A stretch of 64,000 nucleotides of DNA from a virus, in the IMG/VR virus record IMGVR_UViG_3300032087_006189. One strand, 5' to 3'. Of this stretch, positions 39,301 to 48,641 are shown piece by piece. The first letter of the stretch is position 1. Each line of letters opens with the position of its first letter. Both the position numbers and the translations under genes were made by a program. The notes below the pieces were generated by a model. The model had not been told where the DNA came from. It saw only the letters and a list, made by a program, of their open reading frames with translations, and searched no databases.

Positions 39301-42300
39301 CTGACCCCAAAAGAACTGTGACTGTAGCCCTAAACTCCGTCTGTGTGCGGTCGAGGCTGTCTACGGCGTACGCGGCGCTTCCGAGATTGAGATACGCTTC
39401 GTAAAATGGAATCCCGTCGTCGGTAAATCCAAGGTGGCGGAAGCCATCTTCTGCGTCCCCCGCGACAGCCGAGAGGTAAGTTCCCTCTCCCTGCACCACA
39501 GAAGTTAGAGTTACGGTCACCGAGGGAATCGGAAGTCCGCCGAAGGCGCTGATTCTGGAGGTTTGCACTCCGGTGACCGTGACCAATACTCGCCCTTCAG
39601 AGGTGTCGAGCGCATCCTGTAACAGGGTTTGCAGCTCCTCAATATCGGTCGTCTCCGAGATCTCCGCAGAGACGGTAGCCGTCAGGGTTTCTCTGGATAG
39701 GCCCTTTTCGATAATACATGTAAGAGTTTTTCCAGCTGCGGAAGTAAGTGGGAGCGTCACTACTGCTCCAGTGATGGACGCAGCCTCAGTTACTTCTTCA
39801 TTCCACGAGTAACCCAAGCACGCGCTGGGTCCGTAGGCCGTGACTGAGGTGGGCTCCGTGAAGTACAGGCGGGCAATCTGCTCCGCCGTAGGCGAACCCA
39901 CAACGTAGTCGTCAAAGAATCCTGCTGTGATCTTCTTGAGCACCGATTCGGGAGACACCACCAGCTCAGACGGGACGGTGTAGCCCGCTGAATCCAGCGT
40001 CTTAAACAGCCAAGTAAAGGATTCCTGTACGATTTCCCAGGGGTTTACAGTATCCCCTGCAGTAGGGCCTGTGCTGACGCTTGCAGACACATTGAATGTG
40101 GGACCACTCAATGACAGGCCACCAGAAGATGTACTGGCAGGGAAGAAGTCGGACAGCCCCTGGTATGGGTTGACCGGAAACTCGTTTTTGATCTTTACGA
40201 TGGCAAATGTGTAGGCCACGCGGTCATCGAGGTAGTCCGGAGTCCCCGACGAGCTGTCTGCGGTGACAATGCTGCCGCCATGGTACAGCTTGTAGGTGTA
40301 GACCTTGTCGATGACATAGGAGCCCGCGTTTGCGCCATGCGACACAGTCAGGATGTCTCCAGACTTTGCGCGAGACAGCGCAGCCGGTGTGTTCCGCAGT
40401 TCGCCGTTGTTGTAGTCCTCCATCGCACGAACGAAGGTCGTCTCGTCACTAAAGGCGCCCTTCCAGTCGAACTCTGGAGCAGCAATGAAGGTGTTGTTGC
40501 AGTTGTCGAACAACGCCTTCGGAATCAGAATTTCGTACTGCGCGATGATGGAATGCGAAGCATCAATCGGATCGAGCGTAAATGGAGCGAACAGGTCGAA
40601 AAATGACCGGAAGTCGTCACCCAGCCCGAAGTCCTCAGTAAGGGAGGTCAGCCAAGACCTGATCTCTCCCAAGAAATCTGTCACCTCTGTAGGCAGATTG
40701 ATGCTGAGATGGTTTTGCAGGGCATGGCCTGAAGTCCCGGAGGCATCTTGAGCCAGCGTAATGACGGCGACATAGTCGTCATCTGAAGGCAGGCACTCGT
40801 CAGTAATGCAGGTTCCCGGACGACCTGAATACTGCGTGATGGTCTTCATGTCCGCCTGAAGAATCGTTCCATCAGGGGACCGCAGACCGGAACCGTTGCT
40901 GACGGCACCAGTTGCGCTGTCTACATCGTAAGCGACCAGTCGTACATGGGATGTCGGTGCCCAGTTCTGTCCGGCATCGGGCATCACAAAGCCGTTGAGG
41001 CCGCGGTAGGATTCCCGTGCCCCAGAGAAGCTCTCTACCGCCCGTGCCCCGACAGGGAGAGCCGGAGGCACGGCGTAGCCAGTAGACTGTCCCTGCGCGT
41101 CTTGGACGACCATCCCTTGCGGGGAAACTCGAACCAGCGGCCGGGAAAGGCCGGAGCCTGCCGCAAACAGCCTGAAACTGGCATTGGCATCTGTAGACGG
41201 CATGACTGTATCGAGGATTGGTGCTCTTCCTCGGAGAGCTGCGTCAAACCCGGTGATCTCGTAGACTCCCACATTTGGGCCGTCCAATACCTCGATAGTC
41301 GCCCCCTCTGTCGCCCCGTAGCTGATGAGGTCCACAGAAGTCCGGACAGTGGCAGAGCCGATGACCATGTCCAGATCATTCGCGGCTTGCCCAGCAAAGG
41401 GGTACAGCGGCGCTCTCGGCTCGAAAGCATCAACCACTACCTCATCCACTACTCGGAATCGGTAATCGCTGCCAAGAACCGTCATCGCAGAATCAAGGAC
41501 AAGCTCCGGTCCCTGCACATCCATGATCTTGTAGGTGCCCGAATCAGGGCTGTCGATGATCGTCAGGGTCATGCCCCGAGTCACTCCGTAGTCTGCCCAC
41601 AGGGTCTGCTCTACCGAGGTGATGGTGCCGATTGCTCCGGAGGACTCACCAATGATTTCCGTGTACTGCGTCCACTCGTTGTCTCGGGTGTTCCCGACGA
41701 GATCGATGTACTGATCGGTGTTATTGACATCGACCGCGATGGCGCCAGTATCCATCTCCTTCGTCGCCGTGGAGCTGTTGTAGAGACGGATTACCTCTCC
41801 CTCGATGAACACAGGGACTGAAGATCGGGAGAAGGTCAGGCGAAGACGGGCATTGACCTTGTTTTCGAGTGCCCCGTACTCCTTCAGAGTCGCAGGAATC
41901 TCATCCTTGCTGATGGTACAGAGCGTCGTACCCTCGAGTACGCTCACTTCACTTGATGCGGAAGAGAGCACAGAGCTGGTCGAAGAGCTCTGCGATGGGC
42001 GCACGAATACATCGTAGTGGCCGCCGATGTGGACTTGGTCGTCGCGGACCACAATCTCATCAGCATCATCTGGGTTGGTAATACCGCCTGGAATTCCGGA
42101 GATGCGAATCTCAGCCCGATCATACGCGGAGGCAAACACGGCAGGCAGCAGCCCAGGAATCATGGCTCCTGGAGGAGCATCCACTTCTGGTGCTTGGTTG
42201 AGCCGAAGCAAGTAGATCGTAGGAATGCCCTCAAGGTCTCCAGAGCTTTCGTAGAGTACTTCCTCAACTGTAAACCGCTGGTTCTCGGCGATTGCCTGAG

Positions 42301-43318
42301 TCCCGTACAGAAACTGCCAGAAGTTCAGGTCGATTGAACCGCCGTCGCGAATCCGACGATTACCGTCTCTGCCCTTGTTTTCAAACATCGAGAGCAGGAA
42401 CATGTACCTGCCGAGGATGAAGCTCATCCCAGAGCAGATGACATCGGACCCACCTGCGCCGGTAATCTTGTCCCGCTGCATCTCGGGATCTCCGAAGCCC
42501 ACGACCTCGATGTTTCGGATGCCGGGGAACTCAGAGAACAGACGCGCACGGATACCGCGCCGAGTGTTGAGACTGCGCTCAGTCAGCGCGGTCTGAGTCC
42601 GAGCGAGCAGCTCCGGACCGGTCTCTTCATCCGAACCATTGCTGAACCCGACCAGATTTGTCACTCGGATGGCAGAGCCGATACCCGATACCGTGCTGAT
42701 CTGTTCTGGCTCGATGTTGAAGGCGTCGCCTACATCTTCTGCGATCACGCCAATATCGACATAGTAGAGCTGGCCGGAACGCTGGGCAGCCACGATTTCG
42801 GGACGGAAGAACTGGGGCGTGATTGGGAAGAAGCCCAGTCCGCCCGCGTCAAAACGGACATCGGCAAGAATGGAGACGAATGTAGGATTCGCGAAGAAGA
42901 TGCGGACGGTGCCCGTGGCACGAGAACCCGTCTTGCGAGTCACAAAGAAGTTGGCCGCAAGGTCTTCGGCATCTACCGTTCGCATCTGCTCCGCGTTGCG
43001 AACAGACTGCCCCGTGCGGATGATCTGAATCTCGCGCTTGAACGCTTCTAGCATCAGCTGCAGAGGGCGTACTACAATATCGACGATGGCATCGCCGTTC
43101 TGAGCGGAGATCGAAGGGAACTCTTGGCGAAGGCGGGTAATCAGGAAGTCTTCGATGTCTGTATCGAACGGGTCAATAGACAGCGCCTCAAAGACAGGGG
43201 CAACAACCTGCCCATAGATCGACCCGTTCTCAGACAGGTCGAGCGTGGGGTCGTATGCCTCGAGACGCTCAACGAGGAGGTCCCGGATCTGGGAGGCCTG
43301 AGTTCCGGTGTTTGCCAT
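36320..43318 (-). CDS. Baseplate J/gp6-like wedge protein, greatly expanded (2332 aa)
   Basis: N-terminal RKTGSRATGTVRIF, VIAEDVGDAFNI, VTNLVGFSNGSDEETGPELLAR; C-terminal IANYINGLEPEDVLDVSEL; follows the gp25-like gene. Confidence 0.8.
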   Translation of the reverse strand: MANTGTQASQIRDLLVERLEAYDPTLDLSENGSIYGQVVAPVFEALSIDPFDTDIEDFLITRLRQEFPSISAQNGDAIVDIVVRPLQLMLEAFKREIQIIRTGQSVRNAEQMRTVDAEDLAANFFVTRKTGSRATGTVRIFFANPTFVSILADVRFDAGGLGFFPITPQFFRPEIVAAQRSGQLYYVDIGVIAEDVGDAFNIEPEQISTVSGIGSAIRVTNLVGFSNGSDEETGPELLARTQTALTERSLNTRRGIRARLFSEFPGIRNIEVVGFGDPEMQRDKITGAGGSDVICSGMSFILGRYMFLLSMFENKGRDGNRRIRDGGSIDLNFWQFLYGTQAIAENQRFTVEEVLYESSGDLEGIPTIYLLRLNQAPEVDAPPGAMIPGLLPAVFASAYDRAEIRISGIPGGITNPDDADEIVVRDDQVHIGGHYDVFVRPSQSSSTSSVLSSASSEVSVLEGTTLCTISKDEIPATLKEYGALENKVNARLRLTFSRSSVPVFIEGEVIRLYNSSTATKEMDTGAIAVDVNNTDQYIDLVGNTRDNEWTQYTEIIGESSGAIGTITSVEQTLWADYGVTRGMTLTIIDSPDSGTYKIMDVQGPELVLDSAMTVLGSDYRFRVVDEVVVDAFEPRAPLYPFAGQAANDLDMVIGSATVRTSVDLISYGATEGATIEVLDGPNVGVYEITGFDAALRGRAPILDTVMPSTDANASFRLFAAGSGLSRPLVRVSPQGMVVQDAQGQSTGYAVPPALPVGARAVESFSGARESYRGLNGFVMPDAGQNWAPTSHVRLVAYDVDSATGAVSNGSGLRSPDGTILQADMKTITQYSGRPGTCITDECLPSDDDYVAVITLAQDASGTSGHALQNHLSINLPTEVTDFLGEIRSWLTSLTEDFGLGDDFRSFFDLFAPFTLDPIDASHSIIAQYEILIPKALFDNCNNTFIAAPEFDWKGAFSDETTFVRAMEDYNNGELRNTPAALSRAKSGDILTVSHGANAGSYVIDKVYTYKLYHGGSIVTADSSSGTPDYLDDRVAYTFAIVKIKNEFPVNPYQGLSDFFPASTSSGGLSLSGPTFNVSASVSTGPTAGDTVNPWEIVQESFTWLFKTLDSAGYTVPSELVVSPESVLKKITAGFFDDYVVGSPTAEQIARLYFTEPTSVTAYGPSACLGYSWNEEVTEAASITGAVVTLPLTSAAGKTLTCIIEKGLSRETLTATVSAEISETTDIEELQTLLQDALDTSEGRVLVTVTGVQTSRISAFGGLPIPSVTVTLTSVVQGEGTYLSAVAGDAEDGFRHLGFTDDGIPFYEAYLNLGSAAYAVDSLDRTQTEFRATVTVLLGSATFAGSVGTIGNPSIGDTVTQGSTNATIRGVIYSTADGVVTLLVDATLNTADAVTINGTAVSAPSSVSAASTFTEIDIAGATAEGGAPPTGTTHVDPQIDDPTQWASSPALLLADLSEATPTSIYAGLGGLSGTEITEFIKKCVIDRFVGGLTSYPSFEFSEIGSTVFGTFDFSLSFEAVDSATGIDLSMTLTPGDSGFLQSIEFARSTGSSNGNWVTTGSTATLNASSTAATFDSVNYADLELSGSSTSGTTTISWGGVPGTKEEATSLYSAASYVTPSHGILDHHVICRELNALEFVRVGSGGNDVVQFFVPETIPPGTAITVGGSATVAVRYLSPLDSATLAAPLVGVASLSAVAPTLQRFFEIESVDYGTSSPGELQERMHHPHAPTLLSVPSGAEELLFTATATELPQQVFPGATREGRTLPNELPRDSALGAHYAEATAFKVLPSDPLLPSFLTGGVRAGSDFLHVYEQRRLLETATTGSESVPAKQDRVVAVTMQVGSSVLRIPSLNYGSSEFSFLSPSSDLDTDTVRPGDYVFIEEGDGASGYRITEVGDTYISIDSPMPITTRHIYRSGNEGSIEETDTFTDLNAPFIQDDVGRYLTMYLSDYPGVDGSYQILSVSSDGATVTLDRDAFPVTETGIHWSVVKAPIDEVEESSIDGGSELVGVRPIRIYSGVPSQWRVVYVHASTERSSSYLLCAYDGGMLKTPYEQQRNLETYGPIRGYKQPYEVVRPHVVHMSSTEMKAQGTENGLYYMDLRAQSLGGRPVYNLPKDTILTPVFGTYESDGYRMQVVDPLYSYSAAEQCKIYFSPSFLPDDLDDTLENRIPLNGAGFLVTHEFSSDVGRVQALLSSNLNRILCADPLARHFLPSFVYLDISATGGNRAKMALEIANYINGLEPEDVLDVSELEKFLHSNNVGSYRHPIILQIVTHDLDRRRVLTRSTDRIGNVENDFNGSHRTTFYIPGTPVTTDTAGIGQERILVSSEVNNG

Positions 43319-43326
43319 GGATTCCT

Positions 43327-43965
43327 CTAAAGCACGACGCCCGCGACGACGCTTGAACCGCTCTCTGCGATGAGGCGTAGCCTAACATCCAGGGCGGTAT
43401 CTCTGGCGCTGTATTCCGCGGTAAGAACTTGCACAGAAGAGAGCTTCTCTTCTGGCGAAAGGTCGATGCGATCGGATTGATCCTCGAGTATTTGCGACAC
43501 TGCCGTTTGTACCTTCGTAGCCACAAGTGCCCCAACTGCCGTAGCCGCTACAGGAATCGGGCCCAGAAGACTAAGAAGACCGCCACCCCGGTTGGGCGCA
43601 AAGATGTCTCGAGAGGGAGAGGTCAGCAAGATCTTCAAGAAGCGCTGAACCAAGTAGGTTGATGCGTTGAGCATCGTAGAGGGGACTGCCGACTCGAAGG
43701 AAATGACCGTGCTGCGGGCGCCATCTACCTCCGTCTTCAGAACGCTGACACTGCGGATAGGGGTAGCAAACTGGGTACTGGGGACATCTGCAAGGATTCT
43801 CGTGCTGCTGAGAACCACGAATGTCGGGGACTTGTCACCATTGATGAGCACGGAAGCCGTGTTCTGGAAATCTTCCCCCTTGATGTCGAGGGACGAGCCG
43901 CCAGAAAAGAAGTCGATCGCGGAGACCTTTGCAGTGCTCTGAAAAGCAACGAGAGGGAAATCCAT
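43327..43965 (-). CDS. gp25/W-like baseplate protein with N-terminal IPT/TIG-like domain
   Basis: LDIKGEDF...VLING...VLSSTRI; LVQRFLKILLTSPSRDIFAPNRGGGLLSLLG. Confidence 0.65.
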   Translation of the reverse strand: MDFPLVAFQSTAKVSAIDFFSGGSSLDIKGEDFQNTASVLINGDKSPTFVVLSSTRILADVPSTQFATPIRSVSVLKTEVDGARSTVISFESAVPSTMLNASTYLVQRFLKILLTSPSRDIFAPNRGGGLLSLLGPIPVAATAVGALVATKVQTAVSQILEDQSDRIDLSPEEKLSSVQVLTAEYSARDTALDVRLRLIAESGSSVVAGVVL

Positions 43966-43968
43966 GGA

Positions 43969-44352
43969 CTACTCCCAAGTAGACAAAAGCTGCTGCAAAG
44001 AGGAGATTGCTCCGCCAGGGGAAATTGGCGTGCCCATCAGCGCCGCGCGAAGGCCCCGGATCCTTTGAAGTTTGCCCGAAGTCGCGCGAGTAGGCAATGT
44101 GCCAGTGGAGTAAGTCGTGGTAGCCGTCCCTGCACTGGGGAGCCCAGGAATCTCTACGATCTCCTTCGCCTCTGAGTCGATACGTAGCACCTCATCTTCG
44201 ATGCTGGTCACGATTGTCGTGCCTTGAACGAAGTTCGCGTACTCCTCCGACGCCACTTCAGTCAGCGCGGATGTGATCAGGTTAAGCACCTGTGCGGCAG
44301 TCTCTCGGGTCTGGGCCCTACGCTGCAGGGCGGAACGGTACGATCCCTTCAC
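43969..44352 (-). CDS. Hypothetical protein
   Basis: In-operon, GTGA overlap. Confidence 0.6.
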   Translation of the reverse strand: MKGSYRSALQRRAQTRETAAQVLNLITSALTEVASEEYANFVQGTTIVTSIEDEVLRIDSEAKEIVEIPGLPSAGTATTTYSTGTLPTRATSGKLQRIRGLRAALMGTPISPGGAISSLQQLLSTWE

Positions 44353-45692
44353 AGCGCACTCCGGAGGTTGGTGACAAACCGGCCGAGTGCCTCGTCAATG
44401 CCGGCGATCGAAGAAGATGCTCCACGAGGGTCTTCCTCAAAGAGGGCAGTAATATCCCCGCGCAAGATCTTCTCGTCTGCGGCGAAGAAGCCTTCGTCCC
44501 GGAACAGATCCCGAAGCCGATCAATCGTGGCGGTAGCGGCGGGCGGCTCCTCTACATTTAGCGCCCGCAAAGCAGCCAGCGCGTCCGTAGAGTCATCCAC
44601 ATCGGTTCCCAGTACTGACAAGGAGTGCTGTGCGTCAACGGTCAGAGGGGCAATCAGTACGGCTTGGCCCGCAATCCGCGCCGCAGCCTTACTCGCGTCT
44701 GGACGGCTGTGCAAAGACAGAGGCCTGGTCACTTGCTGCGCGCTGATGTCGAATACGAACTGCACGGCATCCGAGAAGGCCCTGAAGGTCGCATACCCCG
44801 GGTCCGCGATGAACACTGACTCCACAGAGGTCACCTCATCTGCCACCGTCACCGAGCTCTCTGCTACGGCAGACACCGCCGTCTGTACACCGCCTATGTT
44901 GATCACATCACCGACCTGGATACCGAGCAGGGCGGGGCTGGTGTCGAAGGTCAGAGTGGTCCCAGAAGCCACAACACCGAAGGGGAACGGGATCGAGAGG
45001 TCTTTATGGAGCTGGTAGCGAATCGAGGGAGAACGCGACATGGACTCGAGCGAGCCGATAGACAGGGCAATCTCCACTGCCCGATCCATTGAAGGCGTCT
45101 GCTGCGCGGCTTGAAACAGCTTCTCGTACACGGGGCCAGTTGCCACAGATTCAAGCAGGGACAGGGACTGGCCCTCAAAGGCTGCGACCGACAGGATTGA
45201 GCGCACATCAGACAGGCGCAGCTCGACTTCACGCTGAATGGCTGACAGGCGATCAAGGGTGACCGGCTCAGTAGACCTTCTTCTGCGGACAGACTGCTGT
45301 GTGATGCCCCGGAGCGCCGAAGCGGCCTCCGACTTCAGCGCGGACAGCGGCACCTGTGTGCCGTTGATCCGCTTCTGAACCAGCGTGCGGAGACCTTCCG
45401 CATTGTCTTCGAGGTCTGCTTCCGGGCCTTCGATGAAGTCTGAGATCAGGGAGACCAGCTTGCACAGCAGTCCGTGGATGTTGGACATCTCCTGCAGAAC
45501 TGTGCCTCGATGCCGGGCCTTCATGTAGTTGAGGATGCCGGGCTCGCTCATCAGCAACTGGGCAGCGGCAGCTCGAGTCTGGTCCCAAGTCTGCCGACGC
45601 TCCTCATACCCTACGCGCGGAGCGTCCTCCCGCCTCTTGATCGAGAGGCGAGACGCTACAAGGTCGTCGCTAAGGGTAATCTTGGAAGACAT
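44349..45692 (-). CDS. Hypothetical structural protein, 447 aa
   Basis: In-operon; mainly helical with one GIQVGDVINI module. Confidence 0.65.
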   Translation of the reverse strand: MSSKITLSDDLVASRLSIKRREDAPRVGYEERRQTWDQTRAAAAQLLMSEPGILNYMKARHRGTVLQEMSNIHGLLCKLVSLISDFIEGPEADLEDNAEGLRTLVQKRINGTQVPLSALKSEAASALRGITQQSVRRRRSTEPVTLDRLSAIQREVELRLSDVRSILSVAAFEGQSLSLLESVATGPVYEKLFQAAQQTPSMDRAVEIALSIGSLESMSRSPSIRYQLHKDLSIPFPFGVVASGTTLTFDTSPALLGIQVGDVINIGGVQTAVSAVAESSVTVADEVTSVESVFIADPGYATFRAFSDAVQFVFDISAQQVTRPLSLHSRPDASKAAARIAGQAVLIAPLTVDAQHSLSVLGTDVDDSTDALAALRALNVEEPPAATATIDRLRDLFRDEGFFAADEKILRGDITALFEEDPRGASSSIAGIDEALGRFVTNLRSAL

Positions 45693-46588
45693 CAGGTCAC
45701 AGTCACCGTGATGGTATCGAATGTGACAGATACCTCAGGAGTGCGCGTAGCAGCAGTAAATGGTGAGCTGAAGGAAATCGTGCAAGAGCCGGCAGAGACT
45801 CCCTCAATGGTCAGGATTCCCTCGCTCAGGGACACAGTAGCCACATCCGTGTCGCTGCTTTCCACAGACACGAGGCCTGCAGCGTACTGCGTGGACGTTT
45901 CCGTGGTGTACGGCGTGGTTCTACCGCTGGAAAGAACTGCAGACACCGAGACGGTCGTAGACGCATCCGCAGCCACAGACACGGTACTGCTGCCCAGATC
46001 TACTCGAGCAACGTAGGGCCAGATCAAGTCTGTAAAACCCGCCGAGCTCGTATCAGGGACATGAACGGGAAACACCGTGTTGCCATAGGACTCGACTACC
46101 GCGTCGTAGATACAGTTGCGGAGCAAGTCGAACTCGAAGTACCCATCAGAGTCAGAGACCGCAATGACCTTTTCGTTGCCGGTAGCCATACCTCCGCTGA
46201 TACGGATCTTGTCGAGGAGCATGAACTCAGCCGTGACTTCAGGCAGATATTGTCCAGCAGCCCCGATCACATAGCCACTGATACGACAGAGGTTTGTCTG
46301 GGTAGCTGGGGGGCGAGTATCAAGATTATCTCCCGACACCTCGAACTCAGAATCCTCCGTGACCTCAACGCTGAGTTTCTTCGCAAAACTAAAGCCCTGC
46401 TTGAAGAATCTGACCCAGTAAGTCGCCAGAGGAAGCTCAAAAGTCACTTCCCCAGAAGAGTCGGTATCTCCGCTGTCAATGAAGGTCGCGCCATCAGATG
46501 AGAACACGAAAACCGTGACTGCGGTGACGGGCGTAGCCTTCGTGGCATCGCTCGCGTCATAGGTGTAGAGCGTGACTGATGCCATCAC
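45692..46588 (-). CDS. Virion protein with beta-sandwich domains and C-terminal Ig-like (Big_2) domain
   Basis: TDSSGEVTF, SDSDGYFEF, ESSDTDVATVS...GILTIEGVSAGSCTI. Confidence 0.7.
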   Translation of the reverse strand: MMASVTLYTYDASDATKATPVTAVTVFVFSSDGATFIDSGDTDSSGEVTFELPLATYWVRFFKQGFSFAKKLSVEVTEDSEFEVSGDNLDTRPPATQTNLCRISGYVIGAAGQYLPEVTAEFMLLDKIRISGGMATGNEKVIAVSDSDGYFEFDLLRNCIYDAVVESYGNTVFPVHVPDTSSAGFTDLIWPYVARVDLGSSTVSVAADASTTVSVSAVLSSGRTTPYTTETSTQYAAGLVSVESSDTDVATVSLSEGILTIEGVSAGSCTISFSSPFTAATRTPEVSVTFDTITVTVT

Positions 46589-47250
46589 GACCTCCGAGGC
46601 AGTTCGGTGAGCTCAAGCTCTTGTACCTCAAGGAGATCGTCCCCTTGTGCGGCAAGCTCAAAGATGTCGATCGTGGACTGGTCGGGAATGGTGACATTTC
46701 GCACCAAGGAAGTCCCAGAGATTGCGAGAAGTCCCGTAATACCTCGGACAACAGTAAAGGACACTGCCCCGGTAGCGTCTGATACCGCAGTCACATCTCC
46801 TGCAACGAATCCCACACCGGTGAGTCGCGAATCTTCCGTGTTTGGCGTAAACCGAACATAGACGCCCTGCTTGTAGTCTCCAGCTGCGTCAATGAACGTG
46901 CCGGTAAGTGTGCAGGTATTGCTTGACCCTACATCGGGCGCATCGGGGACATCGACCTCTGATGCCTCCGTTAGCGCAAAGATGGTGTCCGTTGACGAGT
47001 AATCGGTTCCCGAGACCGTGAACTCCCACAGCAAAGAGTACTCTCCCGCTGTCGCAGGGGTCCAAGCTGCCTCGTAGACTCCGGTGCTGGAATTGGTCGG
47101 GCTTGTGATCGTTTCTACGACCGCGGCATCTTTACTGATCGTCAGAGTCGGGGCTGAATCCGCATTGATCAAGTACGCGCTTCCGCCTTCGGTCGTGAAC
47201 TGGATCGTAAGTATTGAGGTCGTTTCCTGACCTACTGCTTTGAACGCCAT
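46585..47250 (-). CDS. Virion protein, Ig-like beta-sandwich
   Basis: STGVYEAAWTPATAGEYSLLWEFTV; Thr/Ser-rich. Confidence 0.65.
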   Translation of the reverse strand: MAFKAVGQETTSILTIQFTTEGGSAYLINADSAPTLTISKDAAVVETITSPTNSSTGVYEAAWTPATAGEYSLLWEFTVSGTDYSSTDTIFALTEASEVDVPDAPDVGSSNTCTLTGTFIDAAGDYKQGVYVRFTPNTEDSRLTGVGFVAGDVTAVSDATGAVSFTVVRGITGLLAISGTSLVRNVTIPDQSTIDIFELAAQGDDLLEVQELELTELPRRS

Positions 47251-47663
47251 CAGGAGCTCCTGACCGAAAAGGCGAGGGTGCCGGCAGTCCCTTCAATGAT
47301 CTTTGGCACTGAGGTAGAGGTGCCGCCCTCGGATGGGTTTTCTGTGATTACAGAGGTGGATGCAGCTTCGGTAGCCGACGCGGTTGCGGCATAGAACCGA
47401 GAGACTGTCGTTCCCTGGATCACATTACTGGAGTCTCTTGCGACATACTGTACGAAGTACCACCCGGCCGAAGCCGGGGTGTACGTGCCGGTATACACCT
47501 TTCGATCATCGGTGCTGAACGCCGACTTTTCGGTCAAAGTCACATCAGAAGACGAGTCATCTTCCGCAAAAACAACCGATGCGGTAACTGCAAGGCCCGT
47601 TGAGTCCGAGAAGAACGACAGCACAAACTCTTCGCCAGTGTGGGCTGAAGTAGAAGAGATCAT
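47250..47663 (-). CDS. Virion protein, Ig-like
   Basis: AGGAG RBS, ATG at 47663; YTGTYTPASAGWYFVQY resembles the downstream gene. Confidence 0.6.
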   Translation of the reverse strand: MISSTSAHTGEEFVLSFFSDSTGLAVTASVVFAEDDSSSDVTLTEKSAFSTDDRKVYTGTYTPASAGWYFVQYVARDSSNVIQGTTVSRFYAATASATEAASTSVITENPSEGGTSTSVPKIIEGTAGTLAFSVRSS

Positions 47664-48151
47664 GCAGAGACTCCTACGCCACCCAGACAAGATGCGGTAC
47701 CGCCGTACACTCCGTTGACAACTCGGAGAGGGGCGAACTTCTGCCCGTCAAAGGCGGCACAAAAGGTTCTTTGGATGGAGTTCGAGACAAATATACCATG
47801 CAGGTGAAAGACATACTCTCCAACGTCGATGATCTTCCCAGGGATGCCCAGCAAGATCTGCGACTGCTGCTGCGGAGTGTGCTCGCCCTCCCACTGTTTT
47901 TGCGGGATGGGGTCTCCTGGAAGAAAGACCATATACGCGAAGCAGTCTTCTTCTGGAAGAAAATGAGTTGATATTTCCTTTCCAGTGGGGTCGTTTGACA
48001 GCTGGCTGGGGACTGCACTGAAGGAGTCCTCACCTGTGCGAACAAAACGAATAAGGCTCGCAACCACTGCAGCGGAGCGAGCCTCTCTTCTTTTTACGCA
48101 GCCGTCAAGAATCTGGCTGCTCATTTTTAGGGCTTCCCAGTCCAGACGCAT
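47660..48151 (-). CDS. Hypothetical protein
   Basis: AGGAG RBS; ATGA overlap with the next gene. Confidence 0.55.
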   Translation of the reverse strand: MRLDWEALKMSSQILDGCVKRREARSAAVVASLIRFVRTGEDSFSAVPSQLSNDPTGKEISTHFLPEEDCFAYMVFLPGDPIPQKQWEGEHTPQQQSQILLGIPGKIIDVGEYVFHLHGIFVSNSIQRTFCAAFDGQKFAPLRVVNGVYGGTASCLGGVGVSA

Positions 48152-48509
48152 CGTCTCCTACCTCTGCGGCCTTTGCCAAGGTGGCAGCTAGCTGTTCCGC
48201 AGCAGTCTTTACGTCGTTGAAGACAGATCCGCCACACTGCGCAATGATTGAGGGAATCATGTGCTTTGGGATATCCAGACCAACCGAGTAGTTAGCCAGC
48301 AGAATACCCAGTACGCTGATGATCTTCTCATACTGATGGCGAACCAGGGGAGGATACTCATTCCCGAGAAGGTCATAGAGCTGGCCAGTCTCGCTGTTGT
48401 AGATGGCTCGCTCTCCCGCAGGATCGGCTACTACGGCTGAAACTGCTGCCTTGAGGGAGGTACGAGCAGATTTTCCACCGCCTACAAACTTCCATACACG
48501 CTTTGCCAT
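48105..48509 (-). CDS. Hypothetical protein
   Basis: GGAG upstream; 134 aa. Confidence 0.65.
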   Translation of the reverse strand: MAKRVWKFVGGGKSARTSLKAAVSAVVADPAGERAIYNSETGQLYDLLGNEYPPLVRHQYEKIISVLGILLANYSVGLDIPKHMIPSIIAQCGGSVFNDVKTAAEQLAATLAKAAEVGDDASGLGSPKNEQPDS

Positions 48510-48590
48510 TTTCTAGGTGCTCCGTTACAATTTGTGCAGAAGTAGGTGCCTTCCCCAGCACAGTAGCACCCAGCCTAGCCCTCGGCAAAC

Positions 48591-48624
48591 AAAAAGCCCC
48601 CTCCGGCATCCGCCGGAGGGGGCT
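48591..48624 (-). terminator. Rho-independent terminator after the fibrous protein gene
   Basis: 13-bp stem agccccctccggc/gccggagggggct followed by a T-run on the minus strand. Confidence 0.85.
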
Positions 48625-48641
48625 ACTACTATGCAACTAGA

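Noticed and set aside
47674-48191. Alternative ORFs 47674..48063 (-), 47771..47971 (+) and 47985..48191 (+)
   Set aside because: 47660..48151 has the RBS and ATGA coupling; the others overlap it without support
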